Part shown: piece by piece, positions 9,825 to 19,769 of the stretch
How the letters are laid out: every line of letters begins with the position of its first letter
Position numbering within the stretch: position 1 is the stretch's first letter
IMG/VR virus record: IMGVR_UViG_3300033183_000491
Coordinates: 175,551-239,550 of that record
Length of the DNA: 64,000 bases
Reading direction: 5' to 3' (one strand)
Made by a program: the position numbers and the translations under genes
Notes under the pieces: generated by a model
The model's input: the letters and a program-made list of their open reading frames with translations, nothing else
Database searches by the model: none
Told to the model about the DNA's origin: nothing

Positions 9825-11026
9825 AAATTTTCTCTTTTATTTTGTATGACAATATAACCAATAGAATCTAAAGTATTTTTTAATTTATTTCCTAATATTT
9901 TAGTAGACTCTATACATTTTTTAGAATATAAATTTTCTTTGTACTCTTTAAGACCATAGATAGCTAAATTGTTATAGCAGACGATTAAATATTTGATCTC
10001 TGTTAACATTTCTATGTTAGACCTAGGAATTAATATTTCAACTATGTTTGTGTTAATCCTAGACTTTCTCTTGAACAAATATTCTTTTAAGTCAGAATCA
10101 TTACAATTATTGATTTTTTTATTTATTTCTTCGTTTAATTCTTTGTTTGGATTAAATATTTCAATAGAATCTTGCTTAATCTTTAATAAACCTGAAGATG
10201 ATTTTTTAACTGAGTCTTTATAAATTCCGTCACCTGACTCTGCATTAATCATACTACAACCTAAAACTTTTGACAAGTCTTCTAGTTTAAAAGGATCTTC
10301 GTTTTCAAATTTTACAATATATGGTAAAACATATATGTTATTTCTTAAAATAATACTTTTAATTGCATTTGAAGCGTTATCTGACAAACCCCTGCAAAAA
10401 ACTATCAAAGATAAATTGTTATCTTTTGCTTTATCCATTAAAGGAATCAATTCAGATTCTCTTTCAATATATGCATCCATTACAGATATTAAAAAAGTTT
10501 GAGTTTTAGTTTTATTTTTACTAAAATATATTGAACTAAAATCCTTATGTATAGAAATGTCAAACACTGGATTTTTATTTTTTTTAACTGTAATATTGTT
10601 ATTATCTGAAGGATTGCAGATCAATGTTGCATTTGGTCCAGAAAATTCTAAAACATTTTTAAGTAACTCAAAACTTCTTTTTGATGTAGTTTGAGAAAAA
10701 TATTTGTAAACATTTTCTAAATTTTTTTCTACATCTTTAAAACCTTGAAATATATTTTCTTTCTTTAAGAACAAACCAACAATATAATTTGAAAGATAAT
10801 ACGATCCTCCAGGATATAATCTTTCTGATTTGATAAAATAGTTTAGTAAAATATCACAATATGGAAGATTTTTAAAATCTTTATTTGAAGAAATATATCT
10901 AAAGTAGCTGAATTTTGATTTATGAATTCTATTACTAGAAAGAATCCTCAACTTGTCATTAGAAAATTTATTATTTAAATTGTTAAGAAAAACAATAGTT
11001 TTTATCAAATTTTTATTTTCAATCAT
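9821..11026 (-). CDS. Divergent GroEL/chaperonin-like protein
   Basis: Apical-domain-like stretch (ELIPLMDKAK...LIVFCRG...LEDLSKVLG...KRKSRI); GDGTTT position appears as PGGSYY. Confidence 0.55.
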   Translation of the reverse strand: MIENKNLIKTIVFLNNLNNKFSNDKLRILSSNRIHKSKFSYFRYISSNKDFKNLPYCDILLNYFIKSERLYPGGSYYLSNYIVGLFLKKENIFQGFKDVEKNLENVYKYFSQTTSKRSFELLKNVLEFSGPNATLICNPSDNNNITVKKNKNPVFDISIHKDFSSIYFSKNKTKTQTFLISVMDAYIERESELIPLMDKAKDNNLSLIVFCRGLSDNASNAIKSIILRNNIYVLPYIVKFENEDPFKLEDLSKVLGCSMINAESGDGIYKDSVKKSSSGLLKIKQDSIEIFNPNKELNEEINKKINNCNDSDLKEYLFKRKSRINTNIVEILIPRSNIEMLTEIKYLIVCYNNLAIYGLKEYKENLYSKKCIESTKILGNKLKNTLDSIGYIVIQNKRENL

Positions 11027-11046
11027 AGAAATATTATAATATTATA

Positions 11047-11520
11047 TTATTTGATGTTTAATAAAGCCCAATCTAAAACTTCACTTAAATAATCAGGTAA
11101 CTTATTTTTTATAGTCAAAGAATTAGATTCCCAAATAAATCCTTTATGTTCTTTAAATAAAGTTTTTTCATTCGGCAATATTTTAATATTTTTATTTAAA
11201 TCAGGAATTCCTTGAATATCTTCAACATCTAGGATGTATTCTCCTATATACATAACTAATCCATCACTGAATGTTTTATTTATATTATCTAGACAAACGT
11301 AATTTTTATTTATCTTTAATGAAGATTCTTCTTCAGTCTCTCTTATCGCACATGAGTATGAGTCTTCATAAGGATCAATTGCTCCTTTTGGAAAATCATA
11401 CATATCATTATTGTCGATTAACAATAAAAACAATATATCGTTAGGTTTATCTAAAATAATATTTTTTCTATTATCAAAATAAATTACAAAACCTGCTCCA
11501 GTAATCTCTTTGTTTAACAT
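11047..11520 (-). CDS. Nudix hydrolase
   Basis: Nudix box PKGAIDPYEDSYSCAIRETEEES. Confidence 0.88.
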   Translation of the reverse strand: MLNKEITGAGFVIYFDNRKNIILDKPNDILFLLLIDNNDMYDFPKGAIDPYEDSYSCAIRETEEESSLKINKNYVCLDNINKTFSDGLVMYIGEYILDVEDIQGIPDLNKNIKILPNEKTLFKEHKGFIWESNSLTIKNKLPDYLSEVLDWALLNIK

Positions 11521-11527
11521 AATTTTC

Positions 11528-13162
11528 TCACGCTATTATATAACTTTCAATAAAATTCTTTGGGAGATAGTGTTTATTTTTAGAATAAACTCTTTCCCAG
11601 TCTTTATCAAGTATATATGTTATTGCTTCGTCATCTTCAGATCTTATACTTCTACCGACACTTTGAATAACAGTCCTTATAGTCTGAAGGTCATACCACC
11701 ATTTCCATTTTTTGATTTTTTTGCCAACAACTTTATCGCCTAAATATGGAAATGGTATCTTGCATAATATTTGAAATTTTGATAAATCGCCTTTTAAATT
11801 AACGCCTTCAGCCATAGAAGGTGATAATAATATAGTAGGTTCTTTTGAGTTAATATGCCTTTCTAATATTTTATCTCTATTTTCACCAAAAGCAATTAAA
11901 ATCCTTCTAGACTTTATTTTTTTCTTAAGAAACTCTGCGATTTTTATATTGTGAGTATGAATTATACCTTTATCTTTAGGGTGATTTTTTATTATTTCTT
12001 TTATCATAGAAACCATTACAGGTAAAGTTTTATCAATGTTTTTCATAGACATACTTCCTGATGGTGAATATATTATTGGACTTTTGTTCGGTTCAAAAGG
12101 AGATTCTTCTCTAACGAAAACTGTCTTTTCAGTAGGAAGCCCTAACGTTAGTGAGAAACCTTCGTGAGACAAAATAGTAGCTGACATGAAGATTACATAG
12201 TCTGCATATTTCATCAAATAGTCATGAGCATATTCAGCAACTTCAATAGGTTTAAAAATAAATTTTCTATAACTTCCGTTACTATTGTCTATATCAAAAA
12301 CCCAATTATCTTTATCATATAAATTAATAAAGTTTAATATTTTTTTCTCGTGTGAAACGAGCATATCATATCTTTTTGTTATTTTTGTAAACTCTTCTAA
12401 TTTTTGAGTAGACAATCCAAATTTTTCCATTTGAGAAGATATAAACTTAATCTTTTTACTAACTTCAGGATAATAAACATTTTTAATCCAAAGAAAAGTT
12501 TGAAACTGTGTCTTTAAACTTTTGTCTATTTTCATTTTCAAGATCTTTTCTGCAAAATATTCCGAGATTGATATTTCAACAAATCTTGAAAGTTCATTTT
12601 CTAAATTATGAGCCTCGTCAACAATTAAGACTCTTTTGTTAGGGATTTTTTGACTATAAGATTTTTCTGTTAAAAAATAACTAAAGTTTGTTATTCCTAG
12701 ATTCTTTTCCATAAAATCTTTTTTTTGCTTTTTATAACAACAGTCATATCCACAACTATTAAACTTTTTAGGTATACTTTTAGATCTTAATCCTGTCTGG
12801 ATTTCTTTACAAGAAGTATTTCTATCGACATTACATTTATAATTTGTCGAAGAATATAAAGAAACTAAACCTGTAGATTTTGAAAAATCGTCTTCATATT
12901 GTTTTTGGAGTATTTTCTGAGTAGTTAAAAAATAAGCACCGTTTTCATATTCTTTTTCATATTCAGAATTATTTATTAATGATTGCGCAATTGTTAATCC
13001 AATTGCAGATTTACCTACGCCTGTCCCACAATCAACTATTGCATATTTTTTTCCATTTTTAAAATCTTCTAAGACTTTATTGATTACATTAGTTTGCTGT
13101 TGTCTAGGCTCTTTATAAGGAAAATATTTTTTCCAATCATTTATATTAATAGAATTATTCAA
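11528..13162 (-). CDS. DinG/Rad3-family SF2 helicase
   Basis: Q motif EPRQQQ, GTGVGKS, four Cys (Fe-S-like), DEAH, EGVNLKGD, QSVGRSIRSEDD. Confidence 0.88.
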   Translation of the reverse strand: MNNSININDWKKYFPYKEPRQQQTNVINKVLEDFKNGKKYAIVDCGTGVGKSAIGLTIAQSLINNSEYEKEYENGAYFLTTQKILQKQYEDDFSKSTGLVSLYSSTNYKCNVDRNTSCKEIQTGLRSKSIPKKFNSCGYDCCYKKQKKDFMEKNLGITNFSYFLTEKSYSQKIPNKRVLIVDEAHNLENELSRFVEISISEYFAEKILKMKIDKSLKTQFQTFLWIKNVYYPEVSKKIKFISSQMEKFGLSTQKLEEFTKITKRYDMLVSHEKKILNFINLYDKDNWVFDIDNSNGSYRKFIFKPIEVAEYAHDYLMKYADYVIFMSATILSHEGFSLTLGLPTEKTVFVREESPFEPNKSPIIYSPSGSMSMKNIDKTLPVMVSMIKEIIKNHPKDKGIIHTHNIKIAEFLKKKIKSRRILIAFGENRDKILERHINSKEPTILLSPSMAEGVNLKGDLSKFQILCKIPFPYLGDKVVGKKIKKWKWWYDLQTIRTVIQSVGRSIRSEDDEAITYILDKDWERVYSKNKHYLPKNFIESYIIA

Positions 13163-13234
13163 TTATATTCCTATACTTTATACTTATATATTAAAACATT
13201 TTACATAACAAATTATAGGAAATTAATATTAAAT

Positions 13235-13690
13235 TTACATATTTTTAGTCAAAATTTGATTTATTATTATTCGACCATGTTCGGGAGAATCACAATATAT
13301 TGTTTCTGTAGTATTATTATCAAAATATAAAGTAACAATGTCAGATCCAGAAGATGTACACGTTCCTATTTCAGTATTAACAATATCATTAAAAGATAAT
13401 ACTTCAGATGGAGTTATGACTCCTGAGTTATCTCCTGATAGTTTGCTTGTTTTAGCAGTCTGTAAGTTTCTTCCTAAATTAGACTCTGATAATAGTAGAT
13501 CTTGATATAAATTAATAGATATTTCTTTAATATGTTTTTCTCTAAAGTATCTCTTATTTGAATTATAATATAAGTTCTCGACTATATTTTTTACATCTTT
13601 ATATGAAGAATTTTTGTCCAAATTATTTTTTAAATAATTTGATTCTGATATTGACAAATGTATCTTGCAGTTGTTATACTCTAAAAACAT
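13235..13690 (-). CDS. Hypothetical protein
   Basis: 151 aa ORF coupled to 13690..13953. Confidence 0.55.
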   Translation of the reverse strand: MFLEYNNCKIHLSISESNYLKNNLDKNSSYKDVKNIVENLYYNSNKRYFREKHIKEISINLYQDLLLSESNLGRNLQTAKTSKLSGDNSGVITPSEVLSFNDIVNTEIGTCTSSGSDIVTLYFDNNTTETIYCDSPEHGRIIINQILTKNM

Positions 13691-13953
13691 TATAATTTCT
13701 CTTCTTTATTATCATCTTTATCGAAAATATCTACAGCAGCATTAATATATTTATCTAACGCAGCTTGACCAAGAATATATCCTATTTGAATAATACCACT
13801 AGTTATAACAACTGTTAATAAAAATGTAAGTTCTTCGGGATCTAGTTTACTTTGGAGATGCATTAGCATATATAAAATAATTGCTTTCCAACCTAAATCA
13901 GCTATAATATATGCAATAAACTTTTTACTTTTTAAAGGAGTTTTATCTAACAT
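13690..13953 (-). CDS. Small two-TM membrane protein (holin-like size)
   Basis: Two hydrophobic segments, charged tail. Confidence 0.6.
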   Translation of the reverse strand: MLDKTPLKSKKFIAYIIADLGWKAIILYMLMHLQSKLDPEELTFLLTVVITSGIIQIGYILGQAALDKYINAAVDIFDKDDNKEEKL

Positions 13954-14021
13954 AGGAATATTTCTTTCTTTATCTTGTATTTATAAATATTTATTACATA
14001 TAGGATAATTAGCGTGATAAA

Positions 14022-14276
14022 ATGAAAACTAAAATACCAAAACTTTTCTTTGATAGTGATGAAACAATCGAATTTTCTCCTGAAGACATTGATTGGAATG
14101 ATGAGACAGTCTGTATTCTCTGTATGAGAAAAGTTTGTATTTGTACGATTCAAAAATGTCCGTGTGGAATATCTTCTGATCAATGTAATTGGCCAAGTGA
14201 TTTTTGCCCTTGTCAAAAATGTGACAATTTGCTTATAAATTGTCAATGTAAAATTTATATTAAGAAAGAAGATTAA
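14022..14276 (+). CDS. Cys-rich small protein (12 Cys) with acidic N-terminal half
   Basis: CILC..CIC..CPC..C..CPC..C..CQC; 2 nt upstream of cyclase gene. Confidence 0.65.
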   Translation: MKTKIPKLFFDSDETIEFSPEDIDWNDETVCILCMRKVCICTIQKCPCGISSDQCNWPSDFCPCQKCDNLLINCQCKIYIKKED

Positions 14277-14278
14277 TA

Positions 14279-15181
14279 ATGTCTATAAATAATGATAAAA
14301 ATAATATAGAAGACAATTTTTCAATTTCTAATAGACTTGATAAAAATACTGTTGAAGCATATATTGCAATTGTATTAACTGATATTATTGGTAGTACAAA
14401 GTTTGTTCAAAAGAATGGTGCAAGGGTCGCAGCAAAGTGGTTTGGAGCACATGATAAAGCTGTTATGAATTATATCGCAAGACATAACGGGCAACTAATA
14501 GATGCTTCTGATGGTCATTTAATGATGTTCGCTACAGTGGCTGATGCAATTGGTTTTGCTTTTGAATATAAAAAGTTTTTAAGACAAAAAAAATTTCCTT
14601 TTAGAAGTCGAGTAGGTATTCATTGGGATAAAATGCTTATTGTTAAATCTGAAGCTCATATGGTTAGAGCAGGAGGAAAAAGAATTAATCTGGAAGGTAT
14701 TGGAAAAAATATTGCTGCAAGGACAATGTCTATTTGTGGAGAAGAACAAATCCTTATGTCAAAAGAAGCTTATTTTCAATATAAGAAATTTGGACACAGA
14801 AGTAGATTCATTCCTGAAAGGGCACTATCAGCACTTGTTGGACTTTATTCATTTAAAGGTGTATTAGAGCCAGAAGCAATTTACGCAATTGGTCTCGTTC
14901 AAGCACAATTACAACCACCTCCAGATGGAGAAAAAGCTAAAAGAATAGGCGGGGCAAAAAAAATAAAGACTAGACTAAGAGATAAACAATTAAAAGAACT
15001 TTTCCTTTGGTTTTACAATAAACTTTTTATCGTAACTTTTATTTATCTTTTAATAAGTCTTATTCATATCTCGAGAAACTATCATGAAAACACTATTTTT
15101 TATAATTTGTTTGGCCTAGATTTAAGTAAAATTTTATATTATATTAATCAAATTATAAATATTGTTTTAGAATGTATTTAA
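14279..15181 (+). CDS. Class III nucleotide (adenylate/guanylate-type) cyclase with C-terminal hydrophobic segment
   Basis: LTDIIGST, ASDG, RVGIHWD, KNIAAR, QILMS; catalytic D, D, N, R present. Confidence 0.82.
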   Translation: MSINNDKNNIEDNFSISNRLDKNTVEAYIAIVLTDIIGSTKFVQKNGARVAAKWFGAHDKAVMNYIARHNGQLIDASDGHLMMFATVADAIGFAFEYKKFLRQKKFPFRSRVGIHWDKMLIVKSEAHMVRAGGKRINLEGIGKNIAARTMSICGEEQILMSKEAYFQYKKFGHRSRFIPERALSALVGLYSFKGVLEPEAIYAIGLVQAQLQPPPDGEKAKRIGGAKKIKTRLRDKQLKELFLWFYNKLFIVTFIYLLISLIHISRNYHENTIFYNLFGLDLSKILYYINQIINIVLECI

Positions 15182-15703
15182 AGGATATTGAGTTATTGTA
15201 CACTCAAAATAATCATGATTAGTAATGTTAGAATCAGTAAAAGGTGAACCTCCAGGGACGGCATAATAAGGACTACAGTCTCCTCCTGAGATTCTTATTT
15301 TTGATTCTAAGACTACATTGCAGAATTCTGTTCCAATACTTCCACCACCGTTGTCAAAATCTAAAAAAACTTTTCCGATTAAAGTAACTGAACCTGAACC
15401 TGAATTTTTATTTATCGAACAAGTTTTCCTATTCTTTGAATAAGCGAAAGAACTAGCGTTAGTATTGTTAGCAAAAGTAAATCTATATTTTGCAATGATA
15501 TGATAATCACCCTCAGAAAGACGACGATCATAATTTCCATTTGAAGAAAAAAGAGACTCGGGATCATTTAAAACTAAATTATCAGTAGTAGGATGTCTAG
15601 GAAACATCGTTTGAAAATATGTCAAAGCAAATCCAGTATTACTTGCTGATGTGTCCGTGTATATTCTTGCTACTTTTGGGCTCGAAGATTTTATATATGT
15701 CAT
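15167..15703 (-). CDS. Small beta-rich virion/fibre-tip-like protein (MTY class)
   Basis: Starts MTYIK, ends YPLNTF like 15717..16244. Confidence 0.6.
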   Translation of the reverse strand: MTYIKSSSPKVARIYTDTSASNTGFALTYFQTMFPRHPTTDNLVLNDPESLFSSNGNYDRRLSEGDYHIIAKYRFTFANNTNASSFAYSKNRKTCSINKNSGSGSVTLIGKVFLDFDNGGGSIGTEFCNVVLESKIRISGGDCSPYYAVPGGSPFTDSNITNHDYFECTITQYPLNTF

Positions 15704-15716
15704 TTTGATTTCTTTC

Positions 15717-16244
15717 TTAGAATGTATTTAAAGGATATCTTTTAGCATTAACTATATATTCATTAGTTGAAGACATATTACTGCCTCCAGTGCTGCTAGT
15801 GAATGGATGACTTGTAAACTTTATAGAGGCATTTGAGTTTGAAACTCTACACAGAAAATCTGCTGATATGTCTAAAACATTAACATTACCTGATCTATTT
15901 GCTCTAAATCTACCTGAACTTAGACTTGTCACAGTTCCTGTACCTGTATATCTTGCTGGATTTATATTAGTATTACTTATATAATTAGCTTGGCTAATAG
16001 GTTCTTGACTATAAGTTATTTTCCATCTTAAATTTATATCATAGTCTCCAACAGGTAAAGTCCAAGCATCTACTGCTATCGTACATAATCCTGTCGGATC
16101 ATCTAATGTAATATTAGGTGTGCTATAATCAAAATGTAGAATCCCACTTTGAAAAACCCAGTCTGCAGAATAAACAGGTTGAGCGTTTGTATAAAACTTA
16201 ATTAAGTCTGGAGAAGAGCTTGTCGTTTGAATAATATAAGTCAT
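15717..16244 (-). CDS. Small beta-rich virion/fibre-tip-like protein (MTY class)
   Basis: Starts MTYII, ends YPLNTF. Confidence 0.6.
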   Translation of the reverse strand: MTYIIQTTSSSPDLIKFYTNAQPVYSADWVFQSGILHFDYSTPNITLDDPTGLCTIAVDAWTLPVGDYDINLRWKITYSQEPISQANYISNTNINPARYTGTGTVTSLSSGRFRANRSGNVNVLDISADFLCRVSNSNASIKFTSHPFTSSTGGSNMSSTNEYIVNAKRYPLNTF

Positions 16245-16260
16245 TTTTCTTCTATTTCTC

Positions 16261-16617
16261 CTATTTTATATTTACAAGTATTAAATTTGAAGACAATCTA
16301 TCTTCTCCATTGTAACTATTAGGAGAAACTAATCCACAACTAGATGATTCGCTTACGTAAACACCTCCAGGTTCTACTGATAGGTGTCCTCCTGAATCTG
16401 GAATGTCTCTTGATGCTTTGGCTAAGCAAACTCCTGAAAATTGGATTTTTGACAAATATTTTTCTTGATTGTCTTCATCTTGAACTGGGTTTGTTACTAT
16501 TACTCCCCAAGGATGAGATTCACTAGAAGTTAAATGTCTCCAATTTCCATTTACAGGATCATATTCAACAATATCACCTAATTCAACAGTGTTTTCAACA
16601 TAACATTTTATAAACAT
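16261..16617 (-). CDS. Hypothetical structural protein, paralog of 20276..20626
   Basis: G.IVEY...W...FSG.C.A.A.R.IP..GG...V...G.(V/I)SP shared. Confidence 0.65.
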   Translation of the reverse strand: MFIKCYVENTVELGDIVEYDPVNGNWRHLTSSESHPWGVIVTNPVQDEDNQEKYLSKIQFSGVCLAKASRDIPDSGGHLSVEPGGVYVSESSSCGLVSPNSYNGEDRLSSNLILVNIK

Positions 16618-16632
16618 AAATATTCCTTTTAA

Positions 16633-17187
16633 TTATAGTTTTATAACTTTACAATAAGCAGTACCAGCATTAGAAGTAGGTTGTCCAACAGAGCCTGATA
16701 CATCTTGGACTCTAAAATAATATTCAGCTCCAACAGATTGGTTATCTATCACAGCATGTAATGTACTTGGATAATTTTCTCCAATTGTATCGATTCCATA
16801 ATAAGCCTTAGGGCCCATTGGATTATCTGAAGCGTCGACTATTTGTACAACAATATATTCAGAAGTATTGTTAATATCAAAATGAAAAACAACTTCTACG
16901 GAATAGTATCCTATCGAATTTAACTTTATTCCCATCGCGTAATTAGAATTACTTTTAATTGCACGCCCATCAGCATTTACCCATTCAAAAATACTCGAAT
17001 CAATATAGTCTATTGAATATATTCCTTTATGTATTTGAGCATTTTGGCCTACTGAAGCATTGTTTGACGTTGCACTGTGGATCATCCTTGTAGTCACGCC
17101 ACCTATACCATAAGTTGAAGAATAATTAATATTCCCAGAGTAATCTGGGTGATTATTAGTATTTATTTTTGTAACATTATGAGACAT
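16633..17187 (-). CDS. Fibre-tip-like protein (MSHN class)
   Basis: MSHNVTKIN..PD.SGNI N-terminus; similar to 20637..21278. Confidence 0.6.
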   Translation of the reverse strand: MSHNVTKINTNNHPDYSGNINYSSTYGIGGVTTRMIHSATSNNASVGQNAQIHKGIYSIDYIDSSIFEWVNADGRAIKSNSNYAMGIKLNSIGYYSVEVVFHFDINNTSEYIVVQIVDASDNPMGPKAYYGIDTIGENYPSTLHAVIDNQSVGAEYYFRVQDVSGSVGQPTSNAGTAYCKVIKL

Positions 17188-17190
17188 ACA

Positions 17191-17718
17191 CTATTCTACT
17201 TTCCAAATATAAATTGCAGAATATTCAGAAGGTTTTACACCTTGATTAGCTATAGAGTCAACTTGAGAAACTCCACCAATTCTAAAATCATAAGATGTTG
17301 TCGATGTCACATTGAGATATGCTGTACCCCACCCGTTAGACTGTTCAGAAGAAGCTGAAGATCCTACAGCACATCTTCCATATATTGTTGAAGAATTCAT
17401 TAAATCACATCTAACGTACCAAGACGAAGAAACTGACTCTAGATTTAATGACCATTGGACTATAAATTTACCCGCGGGAAATGTAATCGATGTACACCAA
17501 TTATTAACTGTTGTAAAACTTAATCCCGCTATAGTATTAACAGGGCTAGTATCATAAAAATAATAACTATCATTTAATGCTAATCCTGTAGCAGGACTAT
17601 TAGAATAGTTATTTGACTCTCCTCGTCCAAATACTGCAAAACTAGTCGAAGAAGGTATTTCAATATCACTTAAAATATCTGGAGATGAATTATTTACTTC
17701 TATTAAATTATGACTCAT
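17191..17718 (-). CDS. Fibre-tip-like protein (MSHN class), paralog of 21280..21948
   Basis: Start revised to MSHN ATG overlapping upstream TAA; C-terminus ANQGVKPSEYSAIYIWKV vs ANQGNKPSEFGLIYIEKV. Confidence 0.65.
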   Translation of the reverse strand: MSHNLIEVNNSSPDILSDIEIPSSTSFAVFGRGESNNYSNSPATGLALNDSYYFYDTSPVNTIAGLSFTTVNNWCTSITFPAGKFIVQWSLNLESVSSSWYVRCDLMNSSTIYGRCAVGSSASSEQSNGWGTAYLNVTSTTSYDFRIGGVSQVDSIANQGVKPSEYSAIYIWKVE

Positions 17719-18323
17719 TAGATAATCTCCCAATTAGTTCCAGTTGAAACAAGTGTGATAGCTGAATATTGAACATCGAGTACATAATCTGTAGTTGAAC
17801 CATCGATAGTTTGAGTTTGAGGGTCTATTGTGATCGTACCGTCACCCATATTCTTAATTCGAATCTCTTCCCCAGAACTTACCCCACTCGTTGGTAATGT
17901 AATAGTAAAAGTTCCTATACAAGAATAATGATAACCTGTTTGTGCGTTAGCAGGATCAGCTGTTATAGCACTATAAGTATATCCACCACCACCACCACCT
18001 GCATTTGCTGTTACATATGCCTGTGTCGCCAACTTATCAGCAGATTCACCTGATTTTGCAAAAGTGATATCACCATCACCATCAATGCCAACGTCTCCTC
18101 CGTCAAACTTGATACTGTTGTTGCTTAGATACAAGTGTCTAACTTTATTCTCTGCTTCACCGATATCGTAAGTTGAATTAGCAGCAGGAATTATATGGCC
18201 TTCGGAAGTAATATCCCATCGAGAAGAATTGTCAGTAGTAAAATTAATATTACCATCTGAGCCTGAGTCTAATATTATAACTTCTGAATCTTGGTTACTA
18301 ATTTTATTTTTTAAATATGTCAT
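17718..18323 (-). CDS. Short tail-fibre-like protein
   Basis: GHIIPAANSTYDIG...RHLYL module, ATQAYV, poly-G linker, T.TLP...G..I.IK...ID C-terminal module. Confidence 0.65.
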   Translation of the reverse strand: MTYLKNKISNQDSEVIILDSGSDGNINFTTDNSSRWDITSEGHIIPAANSTYDIGEAENKVRHLYLSNNSIKFDGGDVGIDGDGDITFAKSGESADKLATQAYVTANAGGGGGGYTYSAITADPANAQTGYHYSCIGTFTITLPTSGVSSGEEIRIKNMGDGTITIDPQTQTIDGSTTDYVLDVQYSAITLVSTGTNWEII

Positions 18324-18379
18324 TAAACAGTCCTATTTATTTAAAAGAGTTTAATATAATTATATTGAGGATGTAAATT

Positions 18380-18853
18380 ATGTCAAATAAAGAAGAAAAA
18401 ACACAAAAGCAGTTTACTCAAACTGAAAAGGCCAAAAGAGGGTGGTGGTTTAGCGTCGTTTTTATGGTACTTGTTATATGTTTAATAATGTTCCTTGCCT
18501 TCATTCCTTTACAACAGGACAATCGTGATATCATCGTGGGTATGATTGGTATGATTACTGGCGCGATATCATCAATGCTTTCAATAGCAGCAGGTCGTGA
18601 CCCTTCTGAAGTAGAAGAACTTAAAGACAAACTATCTTCAGCGAATGCTGATAGAGCGGCTTTGATTGGTAGATTAAGAGATTCTCAAATACAAATGCAA
18701 TTACTCAGAGAACAAATATTTGAATTGCAGTCTGCTGTAATCGATAAACTTTCAGTTTTTAAAGGACAGCACCCAATTAAAACAAAAGATGTAAGCCAAG
18801 TTGTTTTGCACGATGAAGTAGCTGAATGGCTTCCAAGAATAGAGGACAAATAA
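18380..18853 (+). CDS. Two-TM membrane protein with coiled-coil C-terminus
   Basis: Two hydrophobic helices then heptad-rich region; GAGGA SD. Confidence 0.65.
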   Translation: MSNKEEKTQKQFTQTEKAKRGWWFSVVFMVLVICLIMFLAFIPLQQDNRDIIVGMIGMITGAISSMLSIAAGRDPSEVEELKDKLSSANADRAALIGRLRDSQIQMQLLREQIFELQSAVIDKLSVFKGQHPIKTKDVSQVVLHDEVAEWLPRIEDK

Positions 18854-18854
18854 T

Positions 18855-19268
18855 ATGACTTATATAAAAAAAGAGGCTAGGGAGGTTTCTCCTTTCGATG
18901 TCGGAAAAATAACAGGAACTACAAATGCAACGTTTAACACTTTTAACGTTGACTGGTTGAGCTTAAATGGAAACAATATAATCTCTAACGATAGTGATTC
19001 GTTTTATAGTGAAGCAAATTTTTCTCCAGATAACAACCAATATGGGATTGCTAGGATTGTTTATGATGGAAATACTACAAATCTCCATTTAATGGGTCAA
19101 AATCTGCCTGAAAGTTCTAACACTGGCGCAGGAACGCGGGTAAGAAGTGACGATGTTGCAATTCATTATAGTAATACACACTGGCCTAAGTATGACAATA
19201 ATACAGCTATTTCTTTATCACAAGATATTTCTAGAGCTAATTTAAAAATAATAAGGACTGATATCTAA
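18855..19268 (+). CDS. MTY-class small structural-like protein
   Basis: Starts MTYIKK; coupled ORF. Confidence 0.6.
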   Translation: MTYIKKEAREVSPFDVGKITGTTNATFNTFNVDWLSLNGNNIISNDSDSFYSEANFSPDNNQYGIARIVYDGNTTNLHLMGQNLPESSNTGAGTRVRSDDVAIHYSNTHWPKYDNNTAISLSQDISRANLKIIRTDI

Positions 19269-19768
19269 TGACATTTATTAAAGAAAAATAATACAAAATA
19301 GCAAAAGGCGACTTAAACGTTTATTATAACGCGTCAGCAACAATTGGTCAAGATCAACCTGTTTCTTGGGCGAATTTAGATTCCAATTTTAGTAATAACT
19401 TTTCTATGACAAAAAATGGAGGTCAATTTAATATACCTAACGACAATAAAACATATGTTCTAGAAGCAACATTGACAAACAATACACATTTAGCAGACCC
19501 AAGTAATTTTTCTTCTTATATGACCTATCAATGGTATGATGTAACTAATTCTCAATACGTTGGTATAAAAGGCTATATCGCAGGATCATATAATATTAAT
19601 GAGGGTAGAATTTCAGGTACGGTTGCTGATGAGAAAGCGCTGTTTGTAACAAACCAAAATAATACTTATGAATTAAGAATATTATCTGCAGTAGGAGTAA
19701 GTGATGTCGATGAAACAGACACAGGTGGATACTCTGGAAGAGCAAGATGCTGTATATGGAGGTTTTAA
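19268..19768 (+). pseudogene. MTY-class gene interrupted by in-frame TAA at codon 8 (19289-19291)
   Basis: ATG 19268 overlaps upstream stop and reads MTFIKEK*YKIAKG... in the same frame as track ORF 19406..19768. Confidence 0.5.
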
Positions 19769-19769
19769 C

